NCBI GenBank assembly: GCA_965153355.1
Contig: OZ231126.1
Location: 15,934,001-15,998,000 of the forward strand
Length of the DNA: 64,000 nucleotides
DNA from: Flaccisagitta enflata
Taxonomy: Eukaryota
Reading direction: 5' to 3'
The translations under genes were made by a program, and so were the position numbers. The stretch's first letter is position 1. The number at the start of each line of letters is the position of its first letter. Below the pieces are notes generated by a model that worked only from the letters and a program-made list of their open reading frames with translations, did not search any database and had not been told where the DNA came from. Positions 1 to 12,879 of this stretch are shown one piece after another.

Positions 1-505
1 GGATGATTGATTAAATGGATGATTGATTAAATGGATGATTGATTAAATGGTTGATTGATTAAATGGTTGATTGATTAAATGGTTGATTGATTAAATGGTT
101 GATTGATTAAATGGTTGATTGATTAAATGGTTGATTGATTAAATGGTTGATTGATTAAATGGTTGATTGATTAAATGGTTGATTGATTAAATGGTCGATT
201 GATTAAATGGTCGATTGATTAAATGGTCGATTGATTGAATGGTCGATTGATTGAATGGTCGATTGATTGAATGGTTGATTGATTGAATGGTTGATTGATT
301 GAATGGTTGATTGATTGAATGGTTGATTGATTGAATGGTTGATTGATTGAATGGTTGATTGATTGAATGGTTGATTGATTGAATGGTTGATTGATTGAAT
401 GGTTGATTGATTGAATGGTTGATTGATTGAATGGTTGATTGATTGAATGGTTTTGTGGTTGATTGTGTTTGTGTGGTTGGTTGATTGATTGAATGGTTGA
501 TTGAG
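1..505. repeat. 16-bp tandem minisatellite (GATTGATT[A/G]AATGGTT)n, runs off the window edge
   Basis: Directly visible array; it produces the spurious [12 protein letters not shown] repeat tail of ORF 187..876. Confidence 0.95.
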
Positions 506-575
506 TAGCAGAACGCTTGACTGATTGAATGGTGGGCTCTTCGCTCGCGACGCAGAAACTGTTGCTTTCGTTTAC

Positions 576-3500
576 CTATGAGCTCGTCTGTGATTTTAGG
601 CATCGTAACCAGGAGATGTCCCGTGACCTGCGACCGTTTGGCGGTGCTACTATCCGGCTTGACTTCCGTGTGAAGACGAAGTTGAAGAATTTTGCCCTTC
701 AAAGTGACGCGAACGTAGAAAGGTTGCACGTCCACATCCACCAGTGACGTATCCATGTGCTGGCAATGGAAAGTTGTACGTAGTCGTGTGCACACGACTC
801 TATAACCCGCTATGTCCGTCGGTCCGTCGGACCGTACACTTTGCTTTTTTTGGGGCATTTTTAACGTTTTTTGCATTACCGCTCCTGCCCAAACTCTTGG
901 TTAGGCTTTTTTATTACTGCCCCTGCTCACCCGTTCGCGACTTCGGTATTTGGCCTTGTTTGGTTTCTACCACGAATTATGATGAGTTTTAATTGTGGTG
1001 ATTTTTCCGAGCCAATTGATACAATCTTCAGGGGTGTATAAAGTGAATTGGCATTTGATTTTTACCCTCGCTGCGCCCCCCCCCCCCATGGTCTTTGATT
1101 TCCTTCTCCGGCCAGTCGAGGAATGGCTTGATATTACCTAATACTACCCATTTCTACCCCATAAAGCGTGAATATGGTAAAATTTGAGTCAATATAGTAT
1201 TAAATTGTAATATGGTAATCAAATATCACCTTTTTGAAATACCAAAAGTGTCAGATCCGCAATTTTTTTTTTCTTTTCAAGCCTTTGATTTTTTCTCCCA
1301 TCTCCCAGCCCTCTGATTTTATTCTCCTTCCCCTCACGGGAGGGGGGAAGAGGGAAGGAATGTTCAACTACATACACGCCTGACAATCTTTGATCCATCT
1401 AGTCCCGTCTCTTAAAGGAATAAAAGAAAAGAACTCGGCGTTTTTGGGGCAAAGCGTGAAAATTTGCAAACAGGGTCAGTTTTTCGTGCTGAACAAGACT
1501 AGATGGGGTACACGTCTGATTTTTTAGTGTACCCCATTCAAAAACGCGTTTTTTCTTCAAAAAAATACTTTGAAGAGGCGCTGACGCCAAACCCATCGAC
1601 AGATGACTATAAAATTTTAGGTGAAGAAAAATATGCCTTTTTTCTACTTGCATGCAAAATTTCAGCAAAATCGTTTCAGTAGAAGCGAAGATATTGCCGT
1701 ATAAAGTCTAGGCCTATTTTCAAAAAAAGGGCTATGTTTCAATTTTGGGGTAAAATTGTGTTTTTTTGAGCTGGAAGTCTGAAATTGGTTTCACTCATTT
1801 ATATTACCCTCATTTACCCTAAATACAAAAAAAATTGAAAAAAATCCATGTTTTTTTCATTTTTTGGGCCAAAAAAAAAAACAAAAAATCAACCTTCAAA
1901 ATTTAGGCCTGATTTTCAGAAAGGGCTAGTGCAAGGAAAATATGAAAATCATTGACGCCCACTAAGGGAATCTATTGTCATAAAGTGTACCAACTTATTC
2001 CCAAACTTTCAGAGGGGTACATTAACCCAAAAGGACAAAATTTAATTTCAAAGAATTAAAAAAAAAACGACCCAAAATTTCGCATTTTTAGACCCCCAGA
2101 GACATTTGGTAACACTACGGCCAAACGCTTCAACCGATTTGCCTAAAATTTTGCATACAAGTCCTAATATGTTAGGGGCATATCTGAGCAAAATTTCAGC
2201 TTACTAATCAAACATCTAATTTTTCCATATATCAAAAAGGGTAAAAAAATGCTGAATTTTGGTATTTTTGCTGTAGACTTTGAAATGATTTTTTGTCTTT
2301 TTGGGTTAATGTACCCCTCTGAAAGTTTGGGAATAAGTTGGTACACTTTATGACAATAGATTCCCTGAGTGGGCGCCAATGATTTTGATATTTTTCTTGC
2401 ACTAGCCCTTTTTGAAAATCAGGCCAAAATTTTGAGACCCAATTTTGTGGTTTTTTGGCCATAAAATGGAAAAAACATGGGATTTTTTCAAATTTTTTTG
2501 TTTTTAGAGTAAATTAGGGTAATATACGCAAGTGAAATCAATTTCAGACTTCCAGCTCAAAAAAACACAATTTTACCCCAAAATTGAAACATAGCCCTTT
2601 TTTTGAAAATAGGCCTAAACTTTAAACGACAATATCTTCGCTTCTACTGAACCGATTTTGCTGAAATTTTGCATGCAAGTAGAAAAAAGAAATATTTTTC
2701 TTCACCTAAAATTTTATAGTCATCCGCCAATTGGTTTGGCGTCAGCGCCATTTCAAAGTGTTTTTTGGGCAAAAAAACGCGTTTTTGAAAGGGGTACACT
2801 AAAAAATCAGACGTGTACCCCTTCTAGTCTTGTTCAGCACAAAAAACTGACCCTGTATGCAAATTTTCACGCTTTGCCCCAAAAACGCCGAGTCCTTTTC
2901 CTTAAATCCTAGACTAATCGTGTTAAAGCTCTCACTTTAAAGACGTGAACGTCCAGTTGGAATGCTTCTCCATCGACATCCTCAAAAAGATTAAATTCAA
3001 CTTTGGCTTCGTTACAGTTGATGGCGCTGCCGTCGTCTTTGAAGTAGTTCCTCGGGGCTTTTGGTTCTTTCTTCTTCTTCCCTTTGTTTTCATCCTTTTC
3101 TTTTTGCGCTTTGATGTGATGGTGTGTTTCGATACGCGACTCCGGGGTGTAAGGCAATCTGTTTACGCCCCAGGGAAGACCCCAGAATGATCATTGTTTT
3201 AACAACGATTCTCATATGTTGTCAAGTTCAAAAACGAATTTTCTCTCTTCTGTTTGGCCTAAGGATGTGACTTTCTCTCAAAGACAAAAGATTACAGATG
3301 TCCAATAGATGCGTCCTCTTAAGAGGGAAGATATGCAAAGAAATTCTTAAAAATCTCATTTAGCAAAATCAACGGATCGATATAACTACAGATGGACTAC
3401 TTATGTTACAGAGATGCGATGACGCATCAAGACCACAAATTACCTTTCTTCTTGGTATTCCTTCTCCTTGGCCTCTCGAAATTTTTCCAGCGTCTCTTCA

Positions 3501-4472
3501 TCCCCTCTTTTTCCCAACTCCTCTTCGATCTCTTCGATTTTCCGTTTTCCTTCTTCTCTTTTGGCGAAAAAGTCCTTTTCCTCGTTCCGCTTTTCCTTCC
3601 ATTTCCGCTCCGAGTTTTGAAGGCGTTTGGCGATGGCGTCTCGTTCTTGACACGCTCGGATTCTCTCGCGTCGGCCGACTTCGCCTCCGTCCAGCTTCTG
3701 CAGTTGCGGCAGCGTAGAAATGACGTAATCGCGGTAGTCGGGGTAATCCACGCATGGGTTACCCGTCAGATACATCTCTTCTAGGAATATGTTGCCCTTT
3801 AGCGACGTTAGCGAAGTCAGTTCTCCGATGAAATTCGCCGTGAGGTCGAGTTTGCGCAGATTTTCGCAGCCCTTTTCAGGAAAGATGACAGAATGTTTGG
3901 CTTCATCTTATATGGATATGAATAGGGGATACATTAAAGAATGAATTTTGACGGATATTAGAGTATTTTGTACTATCAGCAACGATGCAGTGTACTGACA
4001 AAGTGTCGATGAAGATAGCGATGACGATGAGATTGACCGTTAGGAGATCTATAAATAATTAGTCTGAATCAATTACCAAAGCGATGATGATAAGAATTTG
4101 AGAAGAATCAAAGCTAAGCCTCGTCGATTTGCCGGATGAACTTAGGGAATGCATGTATCCAAGGAATCATTGATGTAAACTCATCTCATGACGAGTACAA
4201 ATTCCTTTTCAAATTACCTCTAGGTTTTCTATCCTTTCGACATTGTTGAGAGCCAAGTTGAGGTACTCCAGCTGTTTCATTCGCGATAGGTTTTCGATTT
4301 TGGGAATCAAATTGCTTTGTAAATAGAGAATTTTCAACCCTCGACAAATTTTGTCCAGACACTCAATTTTTTCGATGTCCGATTGATGCAATGATATCTC
4401 TTCTAGCGTGGAAACACAGCCTTCGTTGTGCTCTGCTCTTTTCCTCACCAACTCTTCGGTTATGCGAACCAT
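576..4472 (-). CDS. LRRC6: Dynein axonemal assembly factor 11 / LRRC6 (LRR + LRRcap + CS-like domain); 3' end unresolved
   Basis: Exons 4472-4218, 3871-3444, 3158-2936 and 759-~576, with phase-consistent GT-AG junctions (0,2,0). Translation [136 protein letters not shown] matches recalled LRRC6 motifs. The donor at 575 is tentative. Confidence 0.93.
780..962 (+). mobile_element. Short HINE/Helentron-like non-autonomous repeat in LRRC6 intron
   Basis: TAGTCGTGTGCACACGACT hairpin + CTATAACCC + (GTCC/GTCG)n, ending GGCCTTGTT. Related copies lie at ~6580, ~9520, ~31420, ~31720 and 32993-35130 (-). Confidence 0.6.
1029..1382. mobile_element. hAT-type MITE with 8-bp TSD
   Basis: Imperfect TIRs CAGGGGTGTATA / CATACACGCCTG, flanked by the exact direct repeat ACAATCTT (1021-1028 and 1383-1390). 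An 8-bp TSD and CAG termini are typical of hAT elements. Confidence 0.85.
1402..2914. mobile_element. Foldback/large MITE with ~650-700-bp inverted arms, in LRRC6 intron 3
   Basis: ~1416-2100 is the diverged reverse complement of ~2230-2910 (ORFs 1399..1668- and 2658..2912+ mirror each other). TA flanks the putative ends. Confidence 0.88.
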
Positions 4473-4695
4473 CGTTATGTTTTATGACAGTATCGGGAGC
4501 GATCGACGTTAATTGGGAAAACTAATCAGTCTTTTTAGGTCTTTGTTGCCAGTTTTCTACGAATGATATGTAAAGAAATTTCTTCGAACATATTATCTAT
4601 TTCCAAACTTGTGAATACAACATATGATGGCACATAATCATGGAAATCATTAGCAATCGGCTTTCCCTAAGTCGTATTATTGTTTATCAGATTTT

Positions 4696-5606
4696 TCATC
4701 CGGTGGGCATGTCAACTCTTGGTCCGGCGGTCTTTGGTTTGTTCGGGTTGTTTTCCAGGAGCCAATCTGCCAGCCAGGTAACTGGATCCGAGGGCTTCTT
4801 CTTGCACAATGAGGTGAGGCCTTTCAGGAGGGTTGGGTTGACGTAAGCCTCCAGGTAATCTTTTGCCGCTTGAGCTGAAGGAATAGTGAAAGTTTTGATA
4901 AGTTCAGTTGCCTTTTAACGTGTCATCATAAGGTATCAACAGGTATAAAGAAAAGATTTGCTTTACGTTCAAGTCACCTGCCCAATGCCACTTACCAATC
5001 GGTATTGGTTCCAGAACTGAGTCTGGGAAGAAGAATCTAACTTCCCTCTCCGCACTCGAGAGACTGCTGCTTCCATGAACGGCGTTCTTCTGCTCATCCG
5101 TTCCATAAATCGCCCTCAAGCTGGGATGATATGGGCAAGAAATGGAATTTACAAAAGTAACAAAACTACTATTTGACATGACTTCTAAAAAAATCAGGAG
5201 TGATGTGACATAAGAGGGTCCTGTATGAGCATCTAACCGACTAATCCCATCATGGTCACCTGTCGGGATGCGTGGCTTTGGCTTTGATGCTGTTGGTCGG
5301 TCCAATCAAATCGCGCCAGAAGCTGATGGCCTTTTCTTTGGACAGCACCATGACGATGACCGGCGCCGATGACATGAAGGCGACCAACGCCGGGAAAAAG
5401 AGCTTGCCGTAATGCTCCGCGTAAAAGTCGGAAGCTTGTTCCGGCGTCAGATGCACTCGGCGTCTTTGGAGTATGGTGAAGCCAGTACGTAGGATGATGT
5501 CTTCGATCTCTTCTGCCTTTTCGATGGCATCTGGTTTGACGATCGCCAACGTGCGCTCCACAAAGATCTGCGGAGGCTTCATTAAGTCCATCTCACCATC
5601 GGCCAT
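4696..5606 (-). CDS. NME5: Nucleoside diphosphate kinase homolog 5 (NDK domain + Dpy-30 motif)
   Basis: Exons 5606-5260, 5120-4996 and 4874-4696 (phases 2,1). PPQIFVERTLAIVKPDA..FYAEHYGKLFFPALVAFMSS..HPDSLRAIYGTDEQKNAVHGS..AEREVRFFFP..AKDYLEAYVNPTLLKGLTSLCKKKPSDPVTWLADWLLENNPNKP. Confidence 0.95.
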
Positions 5607-5939
5607 CTTGTAACGTTGATGCTTTGTCTTGGTTTTGACTTTCTTTAATGGTTATTTGTGAAAAACTGAGTGCACGAATAATTCGCGTTTTAAAAGAAGA
5701 AAAAATTACAGATTACAGAATGCTATCACCGCAAATTAAGGCTGTCATTGTAGTGCTGATTATCTTGTGTGTACTCTAAAAAAGTGATTCCTGCTCTGCC
5801 AACGATTGGAGATGGCTCCATCTGAGTCAATCATTTGACGTGGATTTGCATTCTCGTCTAGTGCGAGTTCATTTCCGTCGAGGAACGCCCTAGAGATCTG
5901 ATAAAGACTCAATAGATTAAGTATAAAGCGAGTTATGAT

Positions 5940-5952
5940 GTTGCCAAGCAAC
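5940..5952. promoter_or_regulatory. Candidate RFX X-box upstream of NME5/LRRC6
   Basis: GTTGCCAAGCAAC fits GTNRCC(N0-3)RGYAAC and lies ~335 bp upstream of the NME5 ATG. RFX X-boxes are known regulators of ciliary genes. Confidence 0.5.
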
Positions 5953-7456
5953 CAGCGCAGCTGCCAGCCCTTTCCCTGTTCAAAACTCTTGTTTTAAGTG
6001 TGTAAGGGTATCTCATTTCTCGCCCTATGTCTCTCCTCACTTAGTTCACCCTCTCCCGATGTCCTCAAGTCTATGGTGCAAGAGAATATGCATGTAAAAT
6101 AACTTTTAAATAATTCAAGGCACCCCGCTCGGTCTGCCGCGTCTGCATGTTTCCCTGCGGTTTGTTGCGCAGCTGCTGACTCTCGGAACGCCGCTTCTAT
6201 TTTAGGAAACCCCTTTCCTCGTCCTCCTCCTGCTTCTTGGTTATCCTTCCAATGTCCCAGCGAGCGAAAAGCCAGATGTGGAACCGATACGTGAGACACA
6301 AATTTGTCATTCTGCTGCCATCCTCTTCTTTTCCTCTGTTGCTGCCGTTTGTGGTTGCGTTGTTAAAAAAAAACTGCACGTTTCAAGTGCCCTTTATGAT
6401 TTTTTGCAACTTCAACTATGAAAAGCCTACTTTTTGTTCAACATGATGAAGTTTCATGCCTTTCATGGCTTAACTAGTAGTGTTGCAATTGTGTTGCACA
6501 GTGCGCAGGTGTCAAAAATGTGCAAGATTTGATTATGTTGCACTAAAGTAACTTCCTTAATGCAATTTTCATCGCCTTTTTAGTTGCGTGCACGCGGTTC
6601 AATAACCCTTTGTCCGTCGGTTCCTCTGTGTCTCAGTCTATTAGATGGTCAGATTTTGCTCTTTTGGCATTTATGGGTGGTTATTACATCGCTACTCTTT
6701 TCTAATTATTTGATTACTTTATCATATTTTTGATCCACCTCCTCCATACTATCCTATTTAGAATCTATGGTATCTGACACGTACTAGCTCTTGTGAGATG
6801 GGGCATGGTAAAAAAGATGACTCGATCTAAGGGGAAAAAAAGAAGCGCGTACAAATTGGATCGTGGGAGTTTATTCAAAAAGGGATGTTTTTCTTCATTA
6901 TGCATAATTATGCGTAATTATCGTACAGACTACAGAGATATTCAAATATGCCAGATTAGTTTACTTGGGCAAAAATCACTTCGTACTCCAAGGCTTGCAT
7001 GGACTCAGGACATAGTTTCGGAAGCAAAATGAATAGCTTTAATGAATGCCGAATGATGCCTCTCAGAACTAACAACTTTTTGGCGAACATGCAAATGCGG
7101 ATTAGAATTTGGCGTTTATCTTAAGCAAAAGAAATTTACCAATAAGCACGTCTCGGTGATACTAACTGTAAGTCTCACTTTATCTTCCCCCAGTGCAGTA
7201 TCAACCGAGGTCGACTGTATTCTTTTTTTTTTTCTTTTTTTTTAACTCTTCTTAAATTGACATATCTTCCCTTTCACTTTTTACATGTCCTCGATAGTAA
7301 AACGAATATAATTAGGTGATGACGTTTAAATTGTCGATATTTTACCAACGAAGTCAATGAGTTACTTTTTTTAATCGCTTGCTAAGTTACTCTGTGAGTG
7401 TTTCCTCATGTCCGTCCTCAGGTTAGACTGTTACACGATTTTTGGATGTTACGCGA

Positions 7457-8273
7457 TTTTTAGATGCGTCCTCTCATCTCTATAATTGGCCTTGTCCGTC
7501 GGTCGGTCGGTTGGTTGGTCGGTTGGTCGGTTACGCATTTATCATTATCGCGAAATTCATCGTAATGCATCATCATCATCGTAATCAACATCATTGACAT
7601 CGTCATCGTCATCATCGTTATCGTCGTCATCATCGTCGTCATCGTCATTGTCGTTATCATCATCTTTGTTATCATCCTTGTCATCATCGTCATCATCGTC
7701 ATCGTCTTCATCGTCGTAGTGGTCACAATCAATGTCATCATCGTCATAATCATTGTCATCATCAGCGTCGTAATTATTGTCGTCATCATCGTCGTTGTCG
7801 TTATGTAATACCGTATATAGTAGGAACACATAAAGTAAGACCATATAAAGTGAGACCGTGTAGTGAGACCGTGTAGTGAGACCGTATAAAGTGAGACCGT
7901 ATAAAGTGAGACCGTATAAAGTGAGACCGTATAAAGTGAGACCGTATAAAGTGAGACCGTATAAAGTGAGACCGTATAAAGTGAGACCGCTTCATGTTAC
8001 ACCCTATACAGTAAGACCAAATAAAGTTCGACCATATACAGTGAGACCATACAAAGTAAGACCATGTAAAGTAAGACCATGTAAAGTAAGACCATGTAAA
8101 GTAAGACCATGTAAAGTAAGACCATGTAAAGTAAGACCATGTAAAGTAAGACCCTATACTGTAAGACCCTATACTGTAAGACCATTTAAAGTAAGACCAT
8201 ATAAACCAAGACCGTATGAAGAAAGACCATATAAACCAAGACCAGACGCATCGTTGGCCTATTGGGCCTTGTT
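7457..8273 (+). mobile_element. HINE-like element carrying a (TCA/TCG)n microsatellite and a 15-bp tandem array (AGTGAGACCGTATAA)
   Basis: 5' TTTTTAGATGCGTCCTCTCATCT + (GTCG)n; 3' GACGCATCGTTGGCCTATTGGGCCTTGTT. Shorter relatives lie at ~11797-11912 and ~29369-29490. Confidence 0.7.
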
Positions 8274-8625
8274 GGATGATGTAAACTTGGCCTGATTAGT
8301 GATATTGGATCATTGTCGCTCGTGCCCATCATCATTTCTCCTCCTGCTCACCCAAATAACTATCCATATCAACCGACATTACTGCCCCTGCCTCCCGCAA
8401 GCGACTACTTCCATGTCATTGATTTGACCTATGTATTTAGACAGTGTCTAGGTCTCTGCGAGAGGTTATGGAAGGCACAGCATCAGAAGTAGGACCATTA
8501 CATCATACCCCTCAAATTGATAAAAATCATCCGGTGTTTTTGTGCCCTAAGTATTAGTATTGACAGGTCACTAGGAAAAGAGTATTTGTTCATCTCTCAC
8601 CACATGCTTCCAGTATTCCTCTCAC

Positions 8626-9310
8626 TTTTTGGGCAGCGGCCCCCAAAGGAAACGAAGTCCTTTAGAACACAGGGAGAATCTGTCCGTTTGTCTGTATATC
8701 TCTCTGTCCGTCCTTCCAACCCCCTGCCCATCCTCTGGGGTTCATCTTCTTTGGGCCATGGGGCCTATTCCGACCTAAATTCTTTCAAAAACCCTAATTC
8801 TAAGCAATTTGGCCCAAATCTTAGCAATTTGGCCCAAATCTTAGCAAAATGGCCCAAATCCAAGTAAAATGGCCCAAATCCGGCCGGAAAATCTAAATTC
8901 TGGCCTAATGTCCATCATTATGGCCCCAAGAATTATATTCTTCCGATACTTAGATTCTGACCAGATTTGCGCCATTTTGTTTGGATTTAAGCCACTCTAC
9001 TTGGATTTGTGCCATATTGCTTAGATTTGGGCCATATTGCTTGGATTTGGGCCATTTTTCTTAGATTTTGGCCATATTACTTGGATTTGGGCATTTTGGC
9101 AGAATTTGGGTCAGAATAGCCCCAAAAGAAATGAAGCCCTGAGGATGGGGCGGGGGGGAGAGACAAACAGACGGATGTATGTACATGGACAGATGGACAG
9201 AACCCAGTGTTCTACAGGAGTTTGTCTCTTTCGGGGTCGCTGTTCCCCCCTTAGATCACACACTACTGTAGCAAGACACGGGTACCGCTGACCACCTACT
9301 GCCTTTGGGC
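8626..9310 (+). mobile_element. Non-autonomous repeat family GGGCAGCGGCCCC...GGGTACCGCTGACCA, with internal inverted GGCCCAAATC arrays
   Basis: The same termini recur at ~32754 (partial), ~37920-38300 (partial) and 44551-45080. The 5' GGGCAGCGGCCCC is complementary to the subterminal GGGG(C/T)CGCTG. Confidence 0.7.
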
Positions 9311-9948
9311 TGCTATCAATTATGCGTGTGCAACGTTTAAAACCAATAGAAGCCATCTGTTTTCTGTTCTCTCCAATCACAAACCATCGTCATCTCTGCT
9401 TACTCCAGTTTTTTTCCTTCTTCAATGGAAGGCTCAAGGATTCCCATCCGAACAATGTCAACAACGTAGTATTATAACACTGAATTGAGTTGTCTTTGCC
9501 CATTGCTGTGTAATTGTGTAATCGTGCACACGCGTCTCTATCGCTCGTGGTCGTCGGTTAGTCCGTCTATTGCTGGCACTTCCTTTTGTCAAATAGTGCT
9601 TTTACCGTCACTTCCGATGCCGATTATCAACTCGCCCTCACTGACCCTGCCCATAGGCCTCTCTGTTCATTATCGGCTGTATGGACTCTGTGCCAATTTT
9701 CAATGTCGCTTGAGAATCCTCAACCACAAAATGGAAACTTGTTTTTTATCATAGCAGCTAAAATTGAAAAAGATTGCTTATCTAAGCCTCAAGAACTAAC
9801 AGTTTACATTCAATCTTTACAGTCCCTACCCCTGCACGCCACAAAGAGAGTTGCATATCTCTTTGTGCATCTCGCGAAGAACATCTCAGTCACTCTTAAT
9901 GACGTGAGTGACGCCTCCCATGTCACACCATAAAGGGGCCTCTTCAGA

Positions 9949-10066
9949 CACGTGACTTTCTTCTCTCATTTTCTTTCTCTCTCTCTCCGTTTCGGTCTCG
10001 GTCTCTCCATATATATACGCCTTCCAATCACGTGACGTCGTTTTGGATCATGCTTGAGATCACGTG
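9949..10066. promoter_or_regulatory. Promoter-like cluster: three CACGTG E-boxes, CCAAT and a TATA-like run
   Basis: CACGTGA at 9949, 10029 (within CCAATCACGTGACGTC) and 10061; ATATATATA at ~10009-10017. The target transcript was not identified. Confidence 0.4.
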
Positions 10067-11699
10067 ATTTGCGTGCTTCTACGCGTGTGTGGCGTGTTTT
10101 ATATCATGGGTAGGAAATGCGTCGAAGCGAAATAGGGAAAAAAAGGATGGAATGTGTGTGGGAATCGTCGTTGGTCTCCCATTTCCCTCAGCCTTATCTT
10201 TTTCTCTTTTTTTCGAATCCAAAAGCGAAAGTTGGAAACAATTTATGACGACGGTAAAAAAAAAAGGCAGCACTGCGACGTTTTAGTACTGCTGATTCTT
10301 CCTAGTTGATGCGGTTGAGACCGCCCTTGTCTTTACAATTCTCAACGATGTTTAGGCCGTCGGTTAGTTGGTCTGTATAGAAGATTAGGCGCACACTGCA
10401 GGCGTGCACCTCTTTTTGTTGATGCCTCATGTACATAGGAGATAGCTACAACTTAAAGAAGTAATCTCGTTGTGAGTTTTTCAACCATCTTCTGCCTTAA
10501 GTTCTTGTAAAATTGGTTCAATGGTTCATAGTGCATGGTTTCAAAAAGTGTGTTATTCATTGATTATTTTAAATCAACGGACGGAGAGGTCTTTCTTATA
10601 GAGATGTACAACTTTGAAAGGTTAAGATTTGCTCAAATCGCGAAAGGGTGGTGCGAAATTGGCATCATCTTCTTTCATCCGATCCGAGTTGAGAACTGTT
10701 GATTGTTGGATCAGCGTAATCTCAATCGAATTTCTCCTCTCGAACTTCGCAATCGTCTTCGCATTCAATTAGTCAAAATCCGATAAAATGAAGAGAATTT
10801 CCCATTGGCATTGGAACCATTTTCAAGTCTCAGCATCGGCTTCCTCAGCTCTTTTCCGATTTAGGTTGTCAACATTGTCAACATATGGCTTTTGGTGCTT
10901 TTACTGCTTTTGCAAATTGTCTGTCATTCTTGCCTTTCTCTGTCTTTCTCTCTTTCGTTCTCTCTTTCGTTCTCTCTTTCCTTCTTTTCTCTCTTTCCTT
11001 CTTTTCTCTCTCTTTCCTTCTTTTTTTTCTCTCTCTCTTTAAATGCGTCATTTCGTAGTAGGAGTGTTGGACTGTTCGTCCATTGCTACACTAGTCCGGC
11101 TCCTCAGTTTTGTTTCTCGGCTTTGTATTTTTTTTTTTACTTCCCGTTTAGGCTCAGAGGAATCGCTGAGCCCACTCAACTGTTTGCAAATCAACAAAGC
11201 TAACTTTTCTTCGCCATATGGAACGGCTTGATACCATGCCGTGAGATGAATTGAGGTTTTGGCACAGTGACTCAGTTGAAATCTGATGGCCAGTTATAAA
11301 AAAAGATCAACGATAAGTTACTTTCATCATTTCATCATTATGAGACAAAAGAGAAAACATAAGGTTTATTTAATAATCAATTCATGACTGTTAACATGTA
11401 AATACTGAAATGATTTATTTCAAGTTTAATGCCTGACTTTGGAAAAGCTGTTTTAGTTATAAAGAGGCCATCGTATGATTGATCTGTTTTACCTTTATGC
11501 TATTAAGTACTCACTTATTCTATAATTGCCCTTCGTATTTGATGGCTTGTATTTGTCATAGATCTGGCCTAGTTTTGTCCACAATTCATCGTTTTCGAGT
11601 CACTGTGCAAGGAAGGCGAGGGGCGTCATGAGTGATGACGTCACCCCGAGATACAAAGGCTCATGCGAAGGGGGGATTGGTGTGCTTGACGTTTGAAGG

Positions 11700-11741
<42 letters not shown>

Positions 11742-12879
11742 CCACATTGCGTTCTATGCAGGAGAGCAAAGGGAGATGAAACTGCAACAGTTGGCTTTTT
11801 AGATGCGCCATCTCTCTGTCTGTGTCCGTTGGTTGGTTGGTCGGTCGGTCGCAGGTCGGTCAAGCAAACGATTGCCAATCCACAAGGCGCACCTATGGCC
11901 TACTTGGCCTTGTTATCTTTTGCATCGACTGACATCACCTTGCCTATTGATGTGCGTCCGCTTTTAATGTCGCATGATTTTAATGTCGCATGTATGAAGC
12001 TTTAAAATCCGCCCTTTAAGTCAGTTGTTCCATCGGTCAATCCAACATTGAATTCATGAGAATTCATGCCATCATGGTCCATGCCCATGAGTCCAAGCGG
12101 CCTTCCTGATCACTTCTCCGGATCTCCTGCCCTCCCTTATCACCTCTCCTGCCCTCCCACACGCGAGTGGGGAAGTCGTCTATTTGTTTTCTTCATATGT
12201 TGGTCTTTTCGTCTTATGCATAATTGGGATGACCATAGTATGACCACCTCAAAAGGGTTTTCGAATCACCTACGCATTTTAGACACCCTTTCAGCCATGA
12301 CTTTGATCTAGATTCTGACACGAAATTAGACATTGGCAATTGCATGCATTCTCGACCAGACCCGAAGGGAAAGCGATAAAAGGATCCCTGTCGAGTTGTA
12401 AAATTGCCGTTAGTTCGTCATGCTCCCGCTTTTTGACTCGCCGGTTGGGTTGTTTCTCTAAGGATTTTGATTTGAGTTTTAGTTAACTCTGATTCGTCAT
12501 CAGCTTTTATTACCAGTTTACCACTGCATTGCTGCATTCAACTGTTGATGTTTCACGATCTCTCATGCAACAAAAACGTGATTAGTCTAACTTCGACGTA
12601 ATGATTTCCCAAATTGAATGCTCAAAAAAATATTCATATTGTGAATTTAGCTAGGCTAACTTATCTAATCTATTTTAACCAACAATGGAAATATTTCATC
12701 ACAGGACAATGTTAGTGCTCTAATTGAGCAAGTAAATTGATATCAATCATTAGAGTTGTGATTATGATTTTACAACGAATAACTACTGGCTTCGCAAAAA
12801 AAAAACATTTCAATGTGCTTTTATTCATTTGGATGCAACTTATGTCCTAGTCTAAAATCCCGCCATAATCAAAGCTACA

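Noticed and set aside
187-876. ORF 187..876 as a stand-alone gene
   Set aside because: Only ~759-576 is LRRC6 exon; the rest is an intronic repeat and a satellite.
5994-6446. Short GC-richer ORFs upstream of NME5, and minus-strand ORFs at ~42830-43310 near the RIC1 start
   Set aside because: No recognisable domain or consistent exon chain; they cannot be supported as genes from sequence alone.
7460-8295. Poly-Asp / Met-Thr and VRPYK-repeat proteins
   Set aside because: Translations of microsatellite and 15-mer arrays inside a repeat element.
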